Shown: piece by piece, positions 39,072 to 49,532 of the stretch
How positions within the stretch are numbered: the stretch's first letter is position 1
Layout of the letters: each line of letters begins with the position of its first letter
From: Trichormus sp. ATA11-4-KO1
GTDB taxonomy: Bacteria; Cyanobacteriota; Cyanobacteriia; Cyanobacteriales; Nostocaceae
Length of the DNA: 64,000 nt
Reading direction: 5' to 3'
NCBI GenBank assembly: GCA_019358915.1
Contig: JAHHIM010000036.1
Coordinates: 443,588 to 507,587, forward strand
Made by a program: the position numbers and the translations under genes
The notes under the pieces: generated by a model
The model's database searches: none
Told to the model about the DNA's origin: nothing
What the model saw: the letters and a program-made list of their open reading frames with translations, nothing else

Positions 39072-40547
39072 CTATTCTGCTAAGTGTTGCTGGACTTGAG
39101 ATACTAATTCATTTGTCCAGTGGTTAGCCAATTTTGCATTGGCGGCTTCTACCATGACTCTGATAACTGGTTCTGTACCAGAAGCCCGGACTAAAATTCT
39201 CCCAGCATCTCCCATTGCGGCTTCGGCTGAAGCGATCGCTTGTTGCAGTGGTTGGCACTCTTGCCAATTCAAGCGGCGATCGCGGTTTATAACTCGCACG
39301 TTCCGTAATAATTGGGGATAAGTTTGAAAGCTCTGGTCTACCATTTCGCTGAGAGATACACCGGCTTCTTTAACTAAAGCGGCTATATGTAAAGCTGTTA
39401 ACAAGCCATCACCAGTAATTGCGTAATGGCGGCAAAGAATATGGCCAGATTGTTCACCGCCTAGCATTCCTCCAGTGCGCAGCATTTCTGCCTGGACGTA
39501 TTGATCACCAACGGCGGTACGAATCAATTTACCACCTTGTTGTTGCCAAGCCCTCTCAAAGCCTAAGTTGGCCATGACTGTGGAAACAATGAGGTGATCT
39601 GGCAATTGTTGCTGTTGTTGTAGGTGCCGTCCCCACAAATAAAGAATGTAATCGCCATCTACTTGCCGTCCGGTATGATCTACAGCTAAGACGCGATCGG
39701 CATCGCCATCAAAGGCAAAACCCAAGTCGGCGTTATGTTCCTTCACTGTTGCTTGCAGAATTCCTAGGTGAGTGGAACCGCAGTTAACGTTAATGCGATC
39801 GCCATCTGCTTCATGATGTAAGCAAATGACTTCTGCTCCCATTGCTGTAAATACTGATGGTGCCAAGCCAACTGCTGCACCCCATGCTAAGTCCAAAACA
39901 ATCTTCAATCCCTGAAGATTTACTTTGTCCTGTAAAGGTTGTTTTAAGGCTTCGCCATACTGATCCACTAATTCCCGCCGGGAGTAATGCCGTCCACAAT
40001 TACTTACATTACCTGCAATTAATGTCTGGCCTCGCAGTCCTGCTTCAATTTCTGCTTGCAATGCTGGTGATAACTTCCCACCATTCCCACCAAAAATTTT
40101 AATGCCGTTGTCTTCTGGCGGGTTATGACTGGCAGAAATCATGACTCCACCAATGGCATCAGTGATGCTGGTAAGATAGGCGACAGTGGGTGTTGGACAT
40201 AAACCCAAATACCAAACTTCTAATCCTGCTGCCGTTAAACCTGCACTCAAGGCCATTGCCAGCATATCGCCGGAGTTTCGCGAATCCTGTCCCAGAATTA
40301 CTGGCCCCATCTGACCAGCATGATTACGTAAAACTATACCCGTCCAAAAACCCACTTGTAATGCTAAGGGCGCATTGAGTAATTCTCCTACTCGTCCACG
40401 AATCCCGTCTGTACCAAATAAGGGAGTTGTCGGTAATGTTACTAAGTTGATTGCAAAATTGCCCTCACAACCTTTTCCCGATTTATGCGATTCGGACGCA
40501 TAACTCCCGCGAATGTCACTTTGGATGCGAGTGATAGATGAAACCAT
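39072..40547 (-). CDS. glmM: Phosphoglucosamine mutase
   Basis: [41 protein letters not shown]. Confidence 0.95.
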   Translation of the reverse strand: MVSSITRIQSDIRGSYASESHKSGKGCEGNFAINLVTLPTTPLFGTDGIRGRVGELLNAPLALQVGFWTGIVLRNHAGQMGPVILGQDSRNSGDMLAMALSAGLTAAGLEVWYLGLCPTPTVAYLTSITDAIGGVMISASHNPPEDNGIKIFGGNGGKLSPALQAEIEAGLRGQTLIAGNVSNCGRHYSRRELVDQYGEALKQPLQDKVNLQGLKIVLDLAWGAAVGLAPSVFTAMGAEVICLHHEADGDRINVNCGSTHLGILQATVKEHNADLGFAFDGDADRVLAVDHTGRQVDGDYILYLWGRHLQQQQQLPDHLIVSTVMANLGFERAWQQQGGKLIRTAVGDQYVQAEMLRTGGMLGGEQSGHILCRHYAITGDGLLTALHIAALVKEAGVSLSEMVDQSFQTYPQLLRNVRVINRDRRLNWQECQPLQQAIASAEAAMGDAGRILVRASGTEPVIRVMVEAANAKLANHWTNELVSQVQQHLAE

Positions 40548-40995
40548 ACGTTTAAACTCCCCACACAGTCAAATTGGAAAATATCACTGTACACTTTAAA
40601 TCAGCAATTCCAACTGAGATAATCGTTTGTTTGTAATATATACTGATTTTTCTTTTGGGAATGAGTTTAACACTCACTCGCTTAAGTAAATATACTGGAA
40701 AAATTCTGATTTATTGTTAATATTTTATGTGGGATATCTGTTGGTTGATGGCAAAATTATTAGTTTAATTTTTGACTAACATATTGCTCAATAACTTAAT
40801 TTGCCAATTGATTTCAGGCTGAACAACTGTTACATAGCCCCTGTGCATCTTAACAAAAGTACAAATTTTAGTTGCTTAAAAAATTTTAATATAAATTCTC
40901 ATCAAATAGTTTTAAGGTAACGTTTTAATGGCATTTCTTAGCCATTCGTAAAACGCAACTCTGGCAGTTGACCTTTTTAAGTTGAGAAATTTAGT

Positions 40996-41712
40996 ATGAG
41001 CAGCAATTTAGCAGCCAAATTACGTGTAGGCACGAAAAAAGCTCACACGATGGCGGAAAATGTAGGTTTTGTCAAGTGCTTTTTAAAAGGAGTGGTAGAG
41101 AAAAACTCTTACCGGAAGCTAGTTGCTAACTTTTACTTCATCTACTCCGCGATGGAAGAGGAGATGGAAAAGCACAGTCAACATCCGATTGTCGCCAAAA
41201 TTAACTTTCCCCAACTCAACCGCAAACATAGCCTAGAGCAAGACTTAAGTTACTATTTTGGTGCTAACTGGCGAGAGCAAATTAAACTATCGCCAGCAGG
41301 TGAAGCTTATGTGCAACGCATCCGCGAAATATCTCAAACAGAACCGGAATTATTAATCGCTCATTCTTATACTCGTTATTTGGGTGACTTATCCGGTGGT
41401 CAAATCCTCAAAAACATTGCTGTAACGGCGATGAACCTTGCTGAAGGGCAAGGTACTGCCTTTTATGAATTTGCAGACATTACCGACGAGAAAGGCTTTA
41501 AAGCCAAATATCGTCAAACTTTGGACGAACTGCCTTTGGATGAGGCTACAGGCGATCGCATTGTCGATGAAGCTAACGCTGCCTTTGGCATGAACATGAA
41601 AATGTTCCAAGAATTGGAAGGCAATTTGATTAAAGCGATCGGCGTTATGCTGTTCAACAGCTTGACACGGCGTCGTGTTCGTGGTGCCACCGAACTCGCC
41701 ACCGCCGAGTAA
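40996..41712 (+). CDS. ho1: Heme oxygenase (biliverdin-producing)
   Basis: GTKKAHTMAEN, AHSYTRYLGDLSGGQIL, EANAAF. Confidence 0.93.
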   Translation: MSSNLAAKLRVGTKKAHTMAENVGFVKCFLKGVVEKNSYRKLVANFYFIYSAMEEEMEKHSQHPIVAKINFPQLNRKHSLEQDLSYYFGANWREQIKLSPAGEAYVQRIREISQTEPELLIAHSYTRYLGDLSGGQILKNIAVTAMNLAEGQGTAFYEFADITDEKGFKAKYRQTLDELPLDEATGDRIVDEANAAFGMNMKMFQELEGNLIKAIGVMLFNSLTRRRVRGATELATAE

Positions 41713-41736
41713 AAAGTCAACACTCAAAATCAAAAT

Positions 41737-41892
41737 ACTAAGCTCGACTTTATCCAGTCAAACGGTTCCATAACATTATTTCTCAAAGCTTTCAATCCTG
41801 AACTGGGAACTTTAAAAAGTTCAGAGCCTTGATAAATATGGGTTCCAGCCTATGCGTTCACCATGAGGTAAATGGATAAAGTTGAGCTTAGT
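41737..41892. mobile_element. 156-bp MITE-like element
   Basis: 20-bp TIR ACTAAGCTCGACTTTATCCA / TGGATAAAGTTGAGCTTAGT with 1 mismatch; non-coding interior. Confidence 0.75.
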
Positions 41893-42028
41893 TTAGTTTT
41901 ACTTCACTTTTTTGCAAAATAAGACTTTGAACTATTCCTGACAAGTCAAGTTAGCATTTGCTATGGTTAATTAGTCACAATATTTTTACTAGAAAATACT
42001 TAGATTATAAAACTTAAGGAATAAGAAT

Positions 42029-42892
42029 ATGGAAGTTTTGTTTTGTTTTGATGGCAAGTATGAACAACACTTTGGTGTAGCGGTAACTTCCTTGATATTG
42101 AATAACCTGGAAAATTTAACAAAAGTCCATATAATCACCAAAAAAATAACTAGTAGCTTTAAACAAAAAATTGATCAACTCAAGACAAAAGCTAAAATTG
42201 ATTTTTTAATTTATGAAGTAGAAGATAGAGAAGTTGCAAACTTAAAAGTCTCTGAACATATATCTTCTGCTGCATATTATAGATTACTTGCTCCTGATAT
42301 TCTGCCAAATCATCTCAGTAAAATACTGTATCTTGACTCAGATTTAATTGTTAATGGTTCAATTCTGGAGCTATATAGTTATGATATATCAAATTATATA
42401 GTTGCAGCTCATGGCAAGAAAGTGGTTACCACAAAAAAAAGGCTGGAACTTAATAATAACTACTATTTCAACTCAGGTGTCATGTTGATTAACTTAGAAA
42501 ATTGGCGCAACATGAATATCGGTAAGCAATGTCTTGATTTTATTCGCAATTATCCTCACATGATCAAGTTATGGGATCAAGATGCCTTAAATAAAGTGAT
42601 TGATGGTCAATTTCTGAATTTAGATCAAAAATGGAATTCATTAGTTGATTTATATGAGGGTCATTCCCAGGCTAATGACCAATCAATTGTAGTTCACTTT
42701 ACTGGTTCTTTAAAACCGTGGCATGGCTGGTGTATTAGTTCAGAAAAAGAGCTTTACTGGTCATACTTAAGAAAATCACCTTGGTCAAATTGTAGTCCAG
42801 AAATACCTAAGAATTCCAAACAAGTTTTATCTGCAATTAAGGCACTTTTCAAACAGCTACAAAACTTGAAAAAGTCAAGTAAAAATAAGTAA
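42029..42892 (+). CDS. Glycosyltransferase family 8
   Basis: YYRL, YLDSD, YFNSGVMLINL, DQDALN, HFTG..KPW. Confidence 0.92.
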   Translation: MEVLFCFDGKYEQHFGVAVTSLILNNLENLTKVHIITKKITSSFKQKIDQLKTKAKIDFLIYEVEDREVANLKVSEHISSAAYYRLLAPDILPNHLSKILYLDSDLIVNGSILELYSYDISNYIVAAHGKKVVTTKKRLELNNNYYFNSGVMLINLENWRNMNIGKQCLDFIRNYPHMIKLWDQDALNKVIDGQFLNLDQKWNSLVDLYEGHSQANDQSIVVHFTGSLKPWHGWCISSEKELYWSYLRKSPWSNCSPEIPKNSKQVLSAIKALFKQLQNLKKSSKNK

Positions 42893-42904
42893 AATTTTTA
42901 AATC

Positions 42905-42931
42905 ATCCCCCAGCTGGAGTACGGGGGATTT
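42905..42931 (+). terminator. Hairpin after the GT8 gene
   Basis: ATCCCCC-N11-GGGGGAT followed by TT. Confidence 0.45.
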
Positions 42932-42982
42932 CGAGTCATTAGTCATTAGTACTAATGACTAATAACTAATATTATCAATTCA

Positions 42983-44599
42983 ATGATATACAAACTACAT
43001 TTCTTACAACCTGTTTGGCGGCAAATACGTCTATCGGCGGTGTTTCCCCACATCAGTTTACTAGTTTGGCTACTTCCCTTATTGCTATTCAATTCTGGGG
43101 AGAATAGCTTAATGGCGCATGATGAAGGGCTTTATGCTCGGCGATCGCGCGTGATGTTTGAATCTGGTGATTGGATTGCTCCTTGGGGGACTGTCCATCA
43201 TAAAACTCCTGGCCCTTATTGGCTCATTGCCATTTCCTATCAGCTATTTGGTATTAGTGAAGCTAGTGTCAGATTACCTAGCATGATTACTGGTATTTTG
43301 AGCATATTATTAATATATGAAATCGGTAAAATCCTGCTAAATAAAAAATTAGCTTGGCTAGCAGCAGCAATTTTGAGTGTGCAGTTTCTCTGGTTGCAAT
43401 ATTGTCGCTTGGGTACACCAGATGTCCCAATGATTTTTTTGGTACTTTTAGCTATTTTGTCTTTTCTAAAAGCTGAATTATATCCTAAATATCGCTATTT
43501 TTGGAGCTTTATTGCCGGCTTAAGTTTAGGTTTAGGCTTCTTAGTCAGAAGCTTTATGATTTTTTTGCCAATTATGGCTTTATCACCTTATTTAATTTGG
43601 GAGCATCGCCGTCATCATCATCTGAGCAACCCAGCTTTATATTTAGGTTTTGTAGTTGGTTTAATTCCTACTTTCGGTTGGCTATGGCTCAGTTGGCTGC
43701 GCTATGGCAATGATAGTTATAAAGAATTATTGAGATTTGTTTTTCAATTGGGGTCTAGTGAGCGTAGTGGAAATGGAGTAATATTTTATTTCTGGAATGT
43801 TCCAGCTAAAGCGTTTCCTTGGTTCTTTTTTAGTCTTTTAGGCTTGGTTTTGGCATGGCGTCGTCCCCTTCCTCGGTACCATTTGATTTTAGTTGGTTTT
43901 CCTTTGGTGCTATTTGCTGAACTGAGTGTTTTCTCGACTCGTTTGTCTCACTATAGTCTTTGTCTTTATCCCTTTATAGCTTTGTTAGCGGCTGTGGGTT
44001 TAGATTGCTTGGGGAGAATTTATAGAGATGGGGAAATGAGGGAGAGAAAAATTCCGCGTTACCTCAGTTATGGTTTGGGATTATTAGGTATTTTACTGGT
44101 GCTTGGGAGTATAGTCGCTTTTGTTTGGGGTGATGTTGACATTCGCAAGTATGCAACTGTTGGCTTAATTATGGGTTTAGGTTGGTTAATTTTACCTGTG
44201 GTGTGGATTAGTCATCACCACTTCCAGCAGAAGTTTTTCACAGCTCGTTACTGGCTGGCGGGTTGGTTAATTCCCTGTTGGCTGGCTTTGGCTGCGGCTG
44301 GTAGCCTAGGCTTATTAGGTGACTATAACCCTGATATTAAAACTTTTATTCAACAGCCTGCGATCGCCTCTATTCTGCAAACTCATCCAATTTACTTTGT
44401 GCAAGTAGGCGGGAAAACTGGGGTATTACTCAATTTTTACACTCCCGTTCACGGTGAACAAGTAGAGTCTATTTCAGAATTACCAGCAGCTAGTTATGCT
44501 TGGATCTCTGCAAACCAGGCGGGGGAATTAACTACATCTCACCGCGTTTTGGGAACTGTGCAACAACATCAGTTGATTCAACTTGAAGAAGGGGAGTAG
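42983..44599 (+). CDS. ArnT/PMT-family (GT-C) membrane glycosyltransferase
   Basis: HDEGLYA, HKTPG.YWL.A, RLPS, many TM helices. Confidence 0.85.
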   Translation: MIYKLHFLQPVWRQIRLSAVFPHISLLVWLLPLLLFNSGENSLMAHDEGLYARRSRVMFESGDWIAPWGTVHHKTPGPYWLIAISYQLFGISEASVRLPSMITGILSILLIYEIGKILLNKKLAWLAAAILSVQFLWLQYCRLGTPDVPMIFLVLLAILSFLKAELYPKYRYFWSFIAGLSLGLGFLVRSFMIFLPIMALSPYLIWEHRRHHHLSNPALYLGFVVGLIPTFGWLWLSWLRYGNDSYKELLRFVFQLGSSERSGNGVIFYFWNVPAKAFPWFFFSLLGLVLAWRRPLPRYHLILVGFPLVLFAELSVFSTRLSHYSLCLYPFIALLAAVGLDCLGRIYRDGEMRERKIPRYLSYGLGLLGILLVLGSIVAFVWGDVDIRKYATVGLIMGLGWLILPVVWISHHHFQQKFFTARYWLAGWLIPCWLALAAAGSLGLLGDYNPDIKTFIQQPAIASILQTHPIYFVQVGGKTGVLLNFYTPVHGEQVESISELPAASYAWISANQAGELTTSHRVLGTVQQHQLIQLEEGE

Positions 44600-44604
44600 G
44601 AAGT

Positions 44605-44706
44605 GGGGACAAGGGGACAAGGGGACAAGGGGACAAGGAAGATTCTTCCCAATGCCCAATACCCAATGCCCAATGCCCAATGCCCAATGCCCAATGCCCA
44701 ATGCCC
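44605..44706. repeat. (GGGGACAA)x4 followed by (CCCAATG)x8 tandem repeats
   Basis: Read directly; one heptamer unit is CCCAATA. Confidence 0.92.
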
Positions 44707-44822
44707 TATTTCCTGCCTTTTTTGGTGGTGAATACGGTAGTAAACATCATCAGCATTCCACCAACAAGAATAGCGATCGCTAGTCCCCCTGTGATTAAGT
44801 CGAGTAAATTGCTGTTTTCCAT
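44706..44822 (-). CDS. 38-aa single-TM small protein, below the ORF-track cutoff
   Basis: Manual translation MENSNLLDLITGGLAIAILVGGMLMMFTTVFTTKKGRK*; starts 29 nt after the cobO stop. Confidence 0.65.
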   Translation of the reverse strand: MENSNLLDLITGGLAIAILVGGMLMMFTTVFTTKKGRK

Positions 44823-44851
44823 TGTTAATTATTATTTCCGCACTTTCAGGC

Positions 44852-45988
44852 TTAAAAATCAACTCCGCGTTTGGGTTCTACACCTTGATTGGCATAGTGT
44901 TTGTGGCAGTATACCTCGGAGTGAACGCTGGCTAAATCGAAGTAGGCTGGTTGTTGTTGACAGCGACCAGTGATAATGATTTCGGTGTCGCGGGGTTTGC
45001 GCAGTAAGGCTTGGACTATGGGTTCAACGGGAAGTAGTTCTAAGTCAACGGTGGGATTAAGTTCATCAAGAATAATTGTTTTGTAAAGTCCAGAAGCAAT
45101 CGCGGTTTTGGCAATTTCCCAACCCCTCTCGGCTTCTACATAGTCTAGTTCTTGTCGGGAGTTGCGCCAAACGATCGCATCTCGACCGCAGCGTTGATGA
45201 TCTACTACCTCTGGATATGATTGTTGCAAAGCTGCGATCGCCGCGTCTTCTGTGTAGCCACTACCACCTTTGAGCCATTGCATAATTAACACGCGGGTGG
45301 AACCTGGGTGATTGATTCCTCTACCAATGGCTTGTAAGGCTTTACCTAAAGCACTGGTAGATTTGCCTTTACCCGCGCCAGTATAAATTTCAATCCCCTC
45401 CAGAAATAAGGCTTTTGCTGTGGGGTGGTCTTGGGGTTTCATTTCGGAGTGTAAATCCGCAATATCAAGTAAATCTTGCGGTGCGGCGCGTCCGGTGGCG
45501 ATGATTTCTAATTCTTGGGGTTTGGATTTCAATGTCCGGACTACTTCATCAACTGGTAGCAAACCCAAATCCAAGACGGGGTTAATTTCATCCAAAACCA
45601 CCACTGAATATAAACCAGAGGCGATCGCGCCTTTAGCTACATCCCAACCCCGCGCCGCTTCCTCTCGGTCAAAAGCGGTAATTTCTTCCGGCCCAAAAAA
45701 TTCTGCTCTCCCAGTGCGCACTTGGTCAATTAAATGTGGGAACCCGCGCTGCAAAGCGGCGATCGCGCCATCTTCGTCATAATCACGTTCTGGCCCTTTT
45801 AAAAACCGCAGCAGTAAGACACGGTTAGAATTGCTCGGTGTATTTATTCCCAAGCCAATTGAGCGCAAAACTACTCCTAAAGCCGCTTGGGACTTACCTT
45901 TACCCACACCATCGTAGACGTGAATTTGACCAGTGAGCCGTTCAGGACGCACTTGCGCCGTGCGAATACCGATGCCGTTCCTTGTCAT
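44852..45988 (-). CDS. cobO: Cob(I)alamin adenosyltransferase-like protein with two tandem CobA/BtuR domains
   Basis: YDGVGKGKSQAA / YTGAGKGKSTSA, LDEIN / LDELN, IATGR / IITGR, C-terminal GVDF. Confidence 0.85.
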   Translation of the reverse strand: MTRNGIGIRTAQVRPERLTGQIHVYDGVGKGKSQAALGVVLRSIGLGINTPSNSNRVLLLRFLKGPERDYDEDGAIAALQRGFPHLIDQVRTGRAEFFGPEEITAFDREEAARGWDVAKGAIASGLYSVVVLDEINPVLDLGLLPVDEVVRTLKSKPQELEIIATGRAAPQDLLDIADLHSEMKPQDHPTAKALFLEGIEIYTGAGKGKSTSALGKALQAIGRGINHPGSTRVLIMQWLKGGSGYTEDAAIAALQQSYPEVVDHQRCGRDAIVWRNSRQELDYVEAERGWEIAKTAIASGLYKTIILDELNPTVDLELLPVEPIVQALLRKPRDTEIIITGRCQQQPAYFDLASVHSEVYCHKHYANQGVEPKRGVDF

Positions 45989-46307
45989 CTCTTGAAAAGC
46001 TGTAACGTGGCAGTCTTCAATTTTACCGAACGTTTTGTACTATCAGCCAGAAAAAATCTCATTTTAGCTCCTCCATATAAGAACCGACAGGATATATTAA
46101 CAGAATAAATGGGGGTATACTGGCATACCAAGATGCTAACTAGCCTTGTTGTCGTCATTCAACACATTAATCCCAGTTTATGAAAAAAAGTTAGGTTCAA
46201 AACCGAGTGGCTCCCCCTTGTGGGTGGCTGTATTTAATTTTTAATTTTTAATTTTTAATTTTGAATTGATTCATCCTCTCAACGTTAACCCTTACTATTG
46301 ACACTTT

Positions 46308-46859
46308 ATGTTTGGACTTGAAGATATTACAATTCCCCAAATTTTGCCTCTTGGTGCAATTTTGTTTGAATTTTTGTTTTTACTGATTGCTATTCCCATA
46401 GAAGCGTATGTTTTTAACAATAGGCTAAAATTCGACAAAAAAACTAGTATGTTTTATGCCATATCTATTAATCTTTTTTCTAGCACTTTTGGTTGGTTGA
46501 TATTTTTTTTCTTAGAGCCAATATTACCAGTAGATTTAAAATCAGAATTAATTAGTTACATATTTTTTAATACATTTAGACAGCAAAGTACACAAGCCAT
46601 CTTGATTTTAGCTGCGTTTATCATTTTCTTTATGACATTTTTAATGAAGTTCTTTATTCTCAAGTTTCTTGTGTTTTCCTTAAATGAAGACTTGATCAAA
46701 CCAGTAGACAGTACACCAGAATCTAATCGGTTGAAATGGCGACGCAGCAGTGTTATTAGACTACAAAATACAAATTTAGTTACTACAGTATTGATAGCAA
46801 ATTCACTAAGCTACAGCGCCATTAGCATAATTTTGTTACTTAGCAGACGAACGAGTTAA
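46308..46859 (+). CDS. fraC: Filament integrity / septal protein FraC
   Basis: About 180-aa multi-TM protein, [24 protein letters not shown]; first gene of the operon. Confidence 0.85.
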   Translation: MFGLEDITIPQILPLGAILFEFLFLLIAIPIEAYVFNNRLKFDKKTSMFYAISINLFSSTFGWLIFFFLEPILPVDLKSELISYIFFNTFRQQSTQAILILAAFIIFFMTFLMKFFILKFLVFSLNEDLIKPVDSTPESNRLKWRRSSVIRLQNTNLVTTVLIANSLSYSAISIILLLSRRTS

Positions 46860-46902
46860 TTGATATTATTCAATACAGATTAATAAAACCAAGGTGTGAG
46901 AT

Positions 46903-47934
46903 ATGGAATCATTATTTAAAGATTTCTTTGGACTGTTCAAATTTGTGGGAGGGCTGTATGAGGGAATTAAAAAATTATTAGTTCCACCTAAAGCTTATTC
47001 TTGGCAGACATTTATTTACTTAAGTGTGTTTTCTTGGGCACTTGCATATTTTGCTGTTGGTTATATCAGCAATATAATTGCATTTTTAGGTTGGTTATTT
47101 TTAATTGCTGGTACAGCTTGGTATACCACTGATGATCCTTTAAGAGTTCCTGGTACTTTTATGCCGGTGGGGGCAGTAATAACCGGATTTTTAGTCAGTG
47201 TATTTGCCTTTGGTAATCAAGAGGATATAATTACCCCCAGAACAATAGTTCTATGGCCCACAATTTCTGCGTTAATTACGGCAATTCCTGATTTTATTGA
47301 AGGCAATGATACTGATGCAAAAGCCAAAGTTCCCAAACCGGAGGTTAGGGAAAAAATCATAATTTTGGTGGCTAGCTGTATGCTAATCAGTTGCTGGATT
47401 CAGTTCTATTTTGTTATGGATAAATGGTTAACACAGTATCCCAGTGTCCTCGCAGATAATTTTCAGCGTAGTACCTTTGTGGTGAGTAGAGAAGTGCCAA
47501 AAGAAATACCAGAAAATGGTGTTTTAATCCTCGAACAAATTCAACCGATAGTAGAAAAACAAATAGCTAGAAGACCTTGGTCAGAAGTAGAAAAATGGTT
47601 GCTAGATGCAAAAAAACAAGTAGAAACTTTGGGAAATCAAGTGATAAATGCAAATTTGGCAGAACTTGAAGAAAAAGAATTATGGCGTGTTGAACCGCGT
47701 GTAGCTAACATCAAATCTGGGTATAGATTAGACTTGCTAAGTATTTGGTCTGGGCCAAGTTCTAACTCACAAGGGTATTATCTACAAAAATCTTGTCGGA
47801 TTGAACCAATTGCAGTATCCGCTAGAACTGCCATCATTACTACTAGCCAAGTAGAAGATAAAAATACAGTTGCAGAAATTGAATGCGATCGCCTCAGTAA
47901 ATTGATGGCTGGTGCGCCACCCCCACAGCAGTAA
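46903..47934 (+). CDS. fraD: Septal junction protein FraD
   Basis: 343 aa, five N-terminal TM helices (PPKAYSWQT), periplasmic domain with a Cys pair. Confidence 0.88.
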   Translation: MESLFKDFFGLFKFVGGLYEGIKKLLVPPKAYSWQTFIYLSVFSWALAYFAVGYISNIIAFLGWLFLIAGTAWYTTDDPLRVPGTFMPVGAVITGFLVSVFAFGNQEDIITPRTIVLWPTISALITAIPDFIEGNDTDAKAKVPKPEVREKIIILVASCMLISCWIQFYFVMDKWLTQYPSVLADNFQRSTFVVSREVPKEIPENGVLILEQIQPIVEKQIARRPWSEVEKWLLDAKKQVETLGNQVINANLAELEEKELWRVEPRVANIKSGYRLDLLSIWSGPSSNSQGYYLQKSCRIEPIAVSARTAIITTSQVEDKNTVAEIECDRLSKLMAGAPPPQQ

Positions 47935-47978
47935 AAATGAGGGAATAATCTAGATAACTCATCATTAAATAAACAGCT

Positions 47979-48758
47979 ATGAATTTCGGTAGAGTTTTAG
48001 TAATTGCCAAGAATGTCTTTCAGGAAATGGTACGCGATCGCATCCTGTATATTATCGGGTTTTATGCGCTAATACTGGCTGTTGCTCTGCGCGTGCTACC
48101 TGAATTTGCAGCTACAACTGAAGATAAAATGTTTTTGGACTTTGGTATAGCAGCAATGAGTATGTTGACTTTAATTGTGGCTATATTTATCGGTACGGGA
48201 TTAGTTAACAAAGAAATTGATAAACGTACTATTTTGGTGTTAATTGCCAAGCCTATCAGCCGCAGCGAAATTATTTCTGGTAAATTTTTGGGTTTATCAG
48301 CTGTACTGACTGTACTTGTCGCCGCCATGACAACAATTTATTTGGTATTTTTGCAGATGGGGAATATTCCGCATTCCATACCAAGCATTATCATTGCGGC
48401 AATTTTTCTATGTTTGCAGTTATCTTTAATAACTGCTGTGGCTATAGCCTTCGGTGTCTTTACCAGTTCCCTGTTAGCGGTCACTTTAACATTTGCAGTG
48501 TATCTAATGGGGAATATTACTCCAGATTTAGTCAAACTTGGTCGCTTGAGCAGCAATCCCGTAATGGAAAGCATCACTCAAGGCTTGTATTTGATCTTGC
48601 CAGATTTATCGCGATTAGATTTAAAAAATGATGCTGTTTACGGTTTGCTAGCGTTACCTGATACCACTGCACTAATGAGTAATGCAGGTTATGGTTTACT
48701 TTACAGTGTTATGCTGTTGGCGATCGCTAATTTCATCTTCTCACGGCGTGAGTTTTGA
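47979..48758 (+). CDS. fraE: ABC-2 type permease FraE
   Basis: EIDKRT...IAKPISR...GKFLG, C-terminal FSRREF. Confidence 0.85.
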   Translation: MNFGRVLVIAKNVFQEMVRDRILYIIGFYALILAVALRVLPEFAATTEDKMFLDFGIAAMSMLTLIVAIFIGTGLVNKEIDKRTILVLIAKPISRSEIISGKFLGLSAVLTVLVAAMTTIYLVFLQMGNIPHSIPSIIIAAIFLCLQLSLITAVAIAFGVFTSSLLAVTLTFAVYLMGNITPDLVKLGRLSSNPVMESITQGLYLILPDLSRLDLKNDAVYGLLALPDTTALMSNAGYGLLYSVMLLAIANFIFSRREF

Positions 48759-48786
48759 AAAAGTGCTTCCTTCCTGAGTATACTTG

Positions 48787-48806
48787 CCCTGAGCGAAGTC
48801 GAAGGG
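48787..48806. repeat. Small dispersed repeat CCCTGAGCGAAGTCGAAGGG
   Basis: Short imperfect hairpin between the convergent fraE and fraF genes; resembles REP-like units common in Nostocales. Confidence 0.55.
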
Positions 48807-48851
48807 GAGTTCATGAGAGTATACCTAGCAAAAATCTGTTCTTTTTCCCAC

Positions 48852-49532
48852 TCAATCCATAATCACTATCTGAGGTTCATGAGTTATACCATCAGGCATA
48901 ATAGTATCCCACAACTTGGTATAAATTAATTTTGTCTCCCCAAGATTTGCCTGGCTCAAGTTGGCCTTAGTTAAGTTTGTCCATGTCAGGTCTGCACCAG
49001 TTAAATTAACTTCAGTTAAATTGGCTTCTAGTAGAGTAGCTCCACATAGCTTTGCTCCTGCAAGATTAGCTCTAAATAAATTAGCTTCAATCAAGGATGC
49101 TTCAATTAATATAGCTGCACTTAGGTCGGCTTCAGTTAAATTTGTATCACATAAAGAAGCTCCCCAAAGATTAGTCTTACTGCATTGTGTCCGCCACAAG
49201 AAAGATCCACACAAATTGGCATATGTAAAATCCGCATTAGTTAAATTAGCTTCTGACAAATCAGCATTAGTTAAACTAGCTCCACATAAAGTAGCTTGTA
49301 TTAAATTTGCCCCATTGAGGTTAGTATTGGTGAGGTCTGAATTAGATAAATTGACCTCGTGTAAATCTGCTCCCATCAAATTAATACCGCTCAAATCAAT
49401 TCCCCTCAAGTCGATTCCGCTTAAGTCACAGCCACTGAAATTCTTACGCTGACAACATTTATCTTTGATTTGATTTAATATTAGTTCCTGTTGGTCAGCA
49501 TAATTTCTCATGGTATTCACCTCAAATGTCAA
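48852..49532 (-). CDS. fraF: Pentapeptide repeat protein FraF-like, convergent with fraE
   Basis: A(N/D)Lxx repeats, TIMPDG end, and position after fraCDE. Confidence 0.75.
   Translation of the reverse strand: MTFEVNTMRNYADQQELILNQIKDKCCQRKNFSGCDLSGIDLRGIDLSGINLMGADLHEVNLSNSDLTNTNLNGANLIQATLCGASLTNADLSEANLTNADFTYANLCGSFLWRTQCSKTNLWGASLCDTNLTEADLSAAILIEASLIEANLFRANLAGAKLCGATLLEANLTEVNLTGADLTWTNLTKANLSQANLGETKLIYTKLWDTIMPDGITHEPQIVIMD

Noticed and set aside
44648..44706. Tandem array considered as a CRISPR or contingency locus
   Set aside because: 7-bp units with no spacers and no cas genes; an ordinary Nostocales tandem repeat.
44578..44973. Track ORFs of 94, 66 and 97 aa with GHWALGI / MPNAQC repeats
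   Set aside because: They are translations of the CCCAATG and GGGGACAA arrays; the 38-aa ORF at 44706-44822 is the credible gene.
45990..46300. Cobalamin riboswitch near cobO
   Set aside because: No recognisable B12-box or conserved core; only a weak hairpin at about 46205-46230.
48961..49452. 163-aa plus-strand repetitive ORF
   Set aside because: Antisense shadow of the pentapeptide repeat gene.
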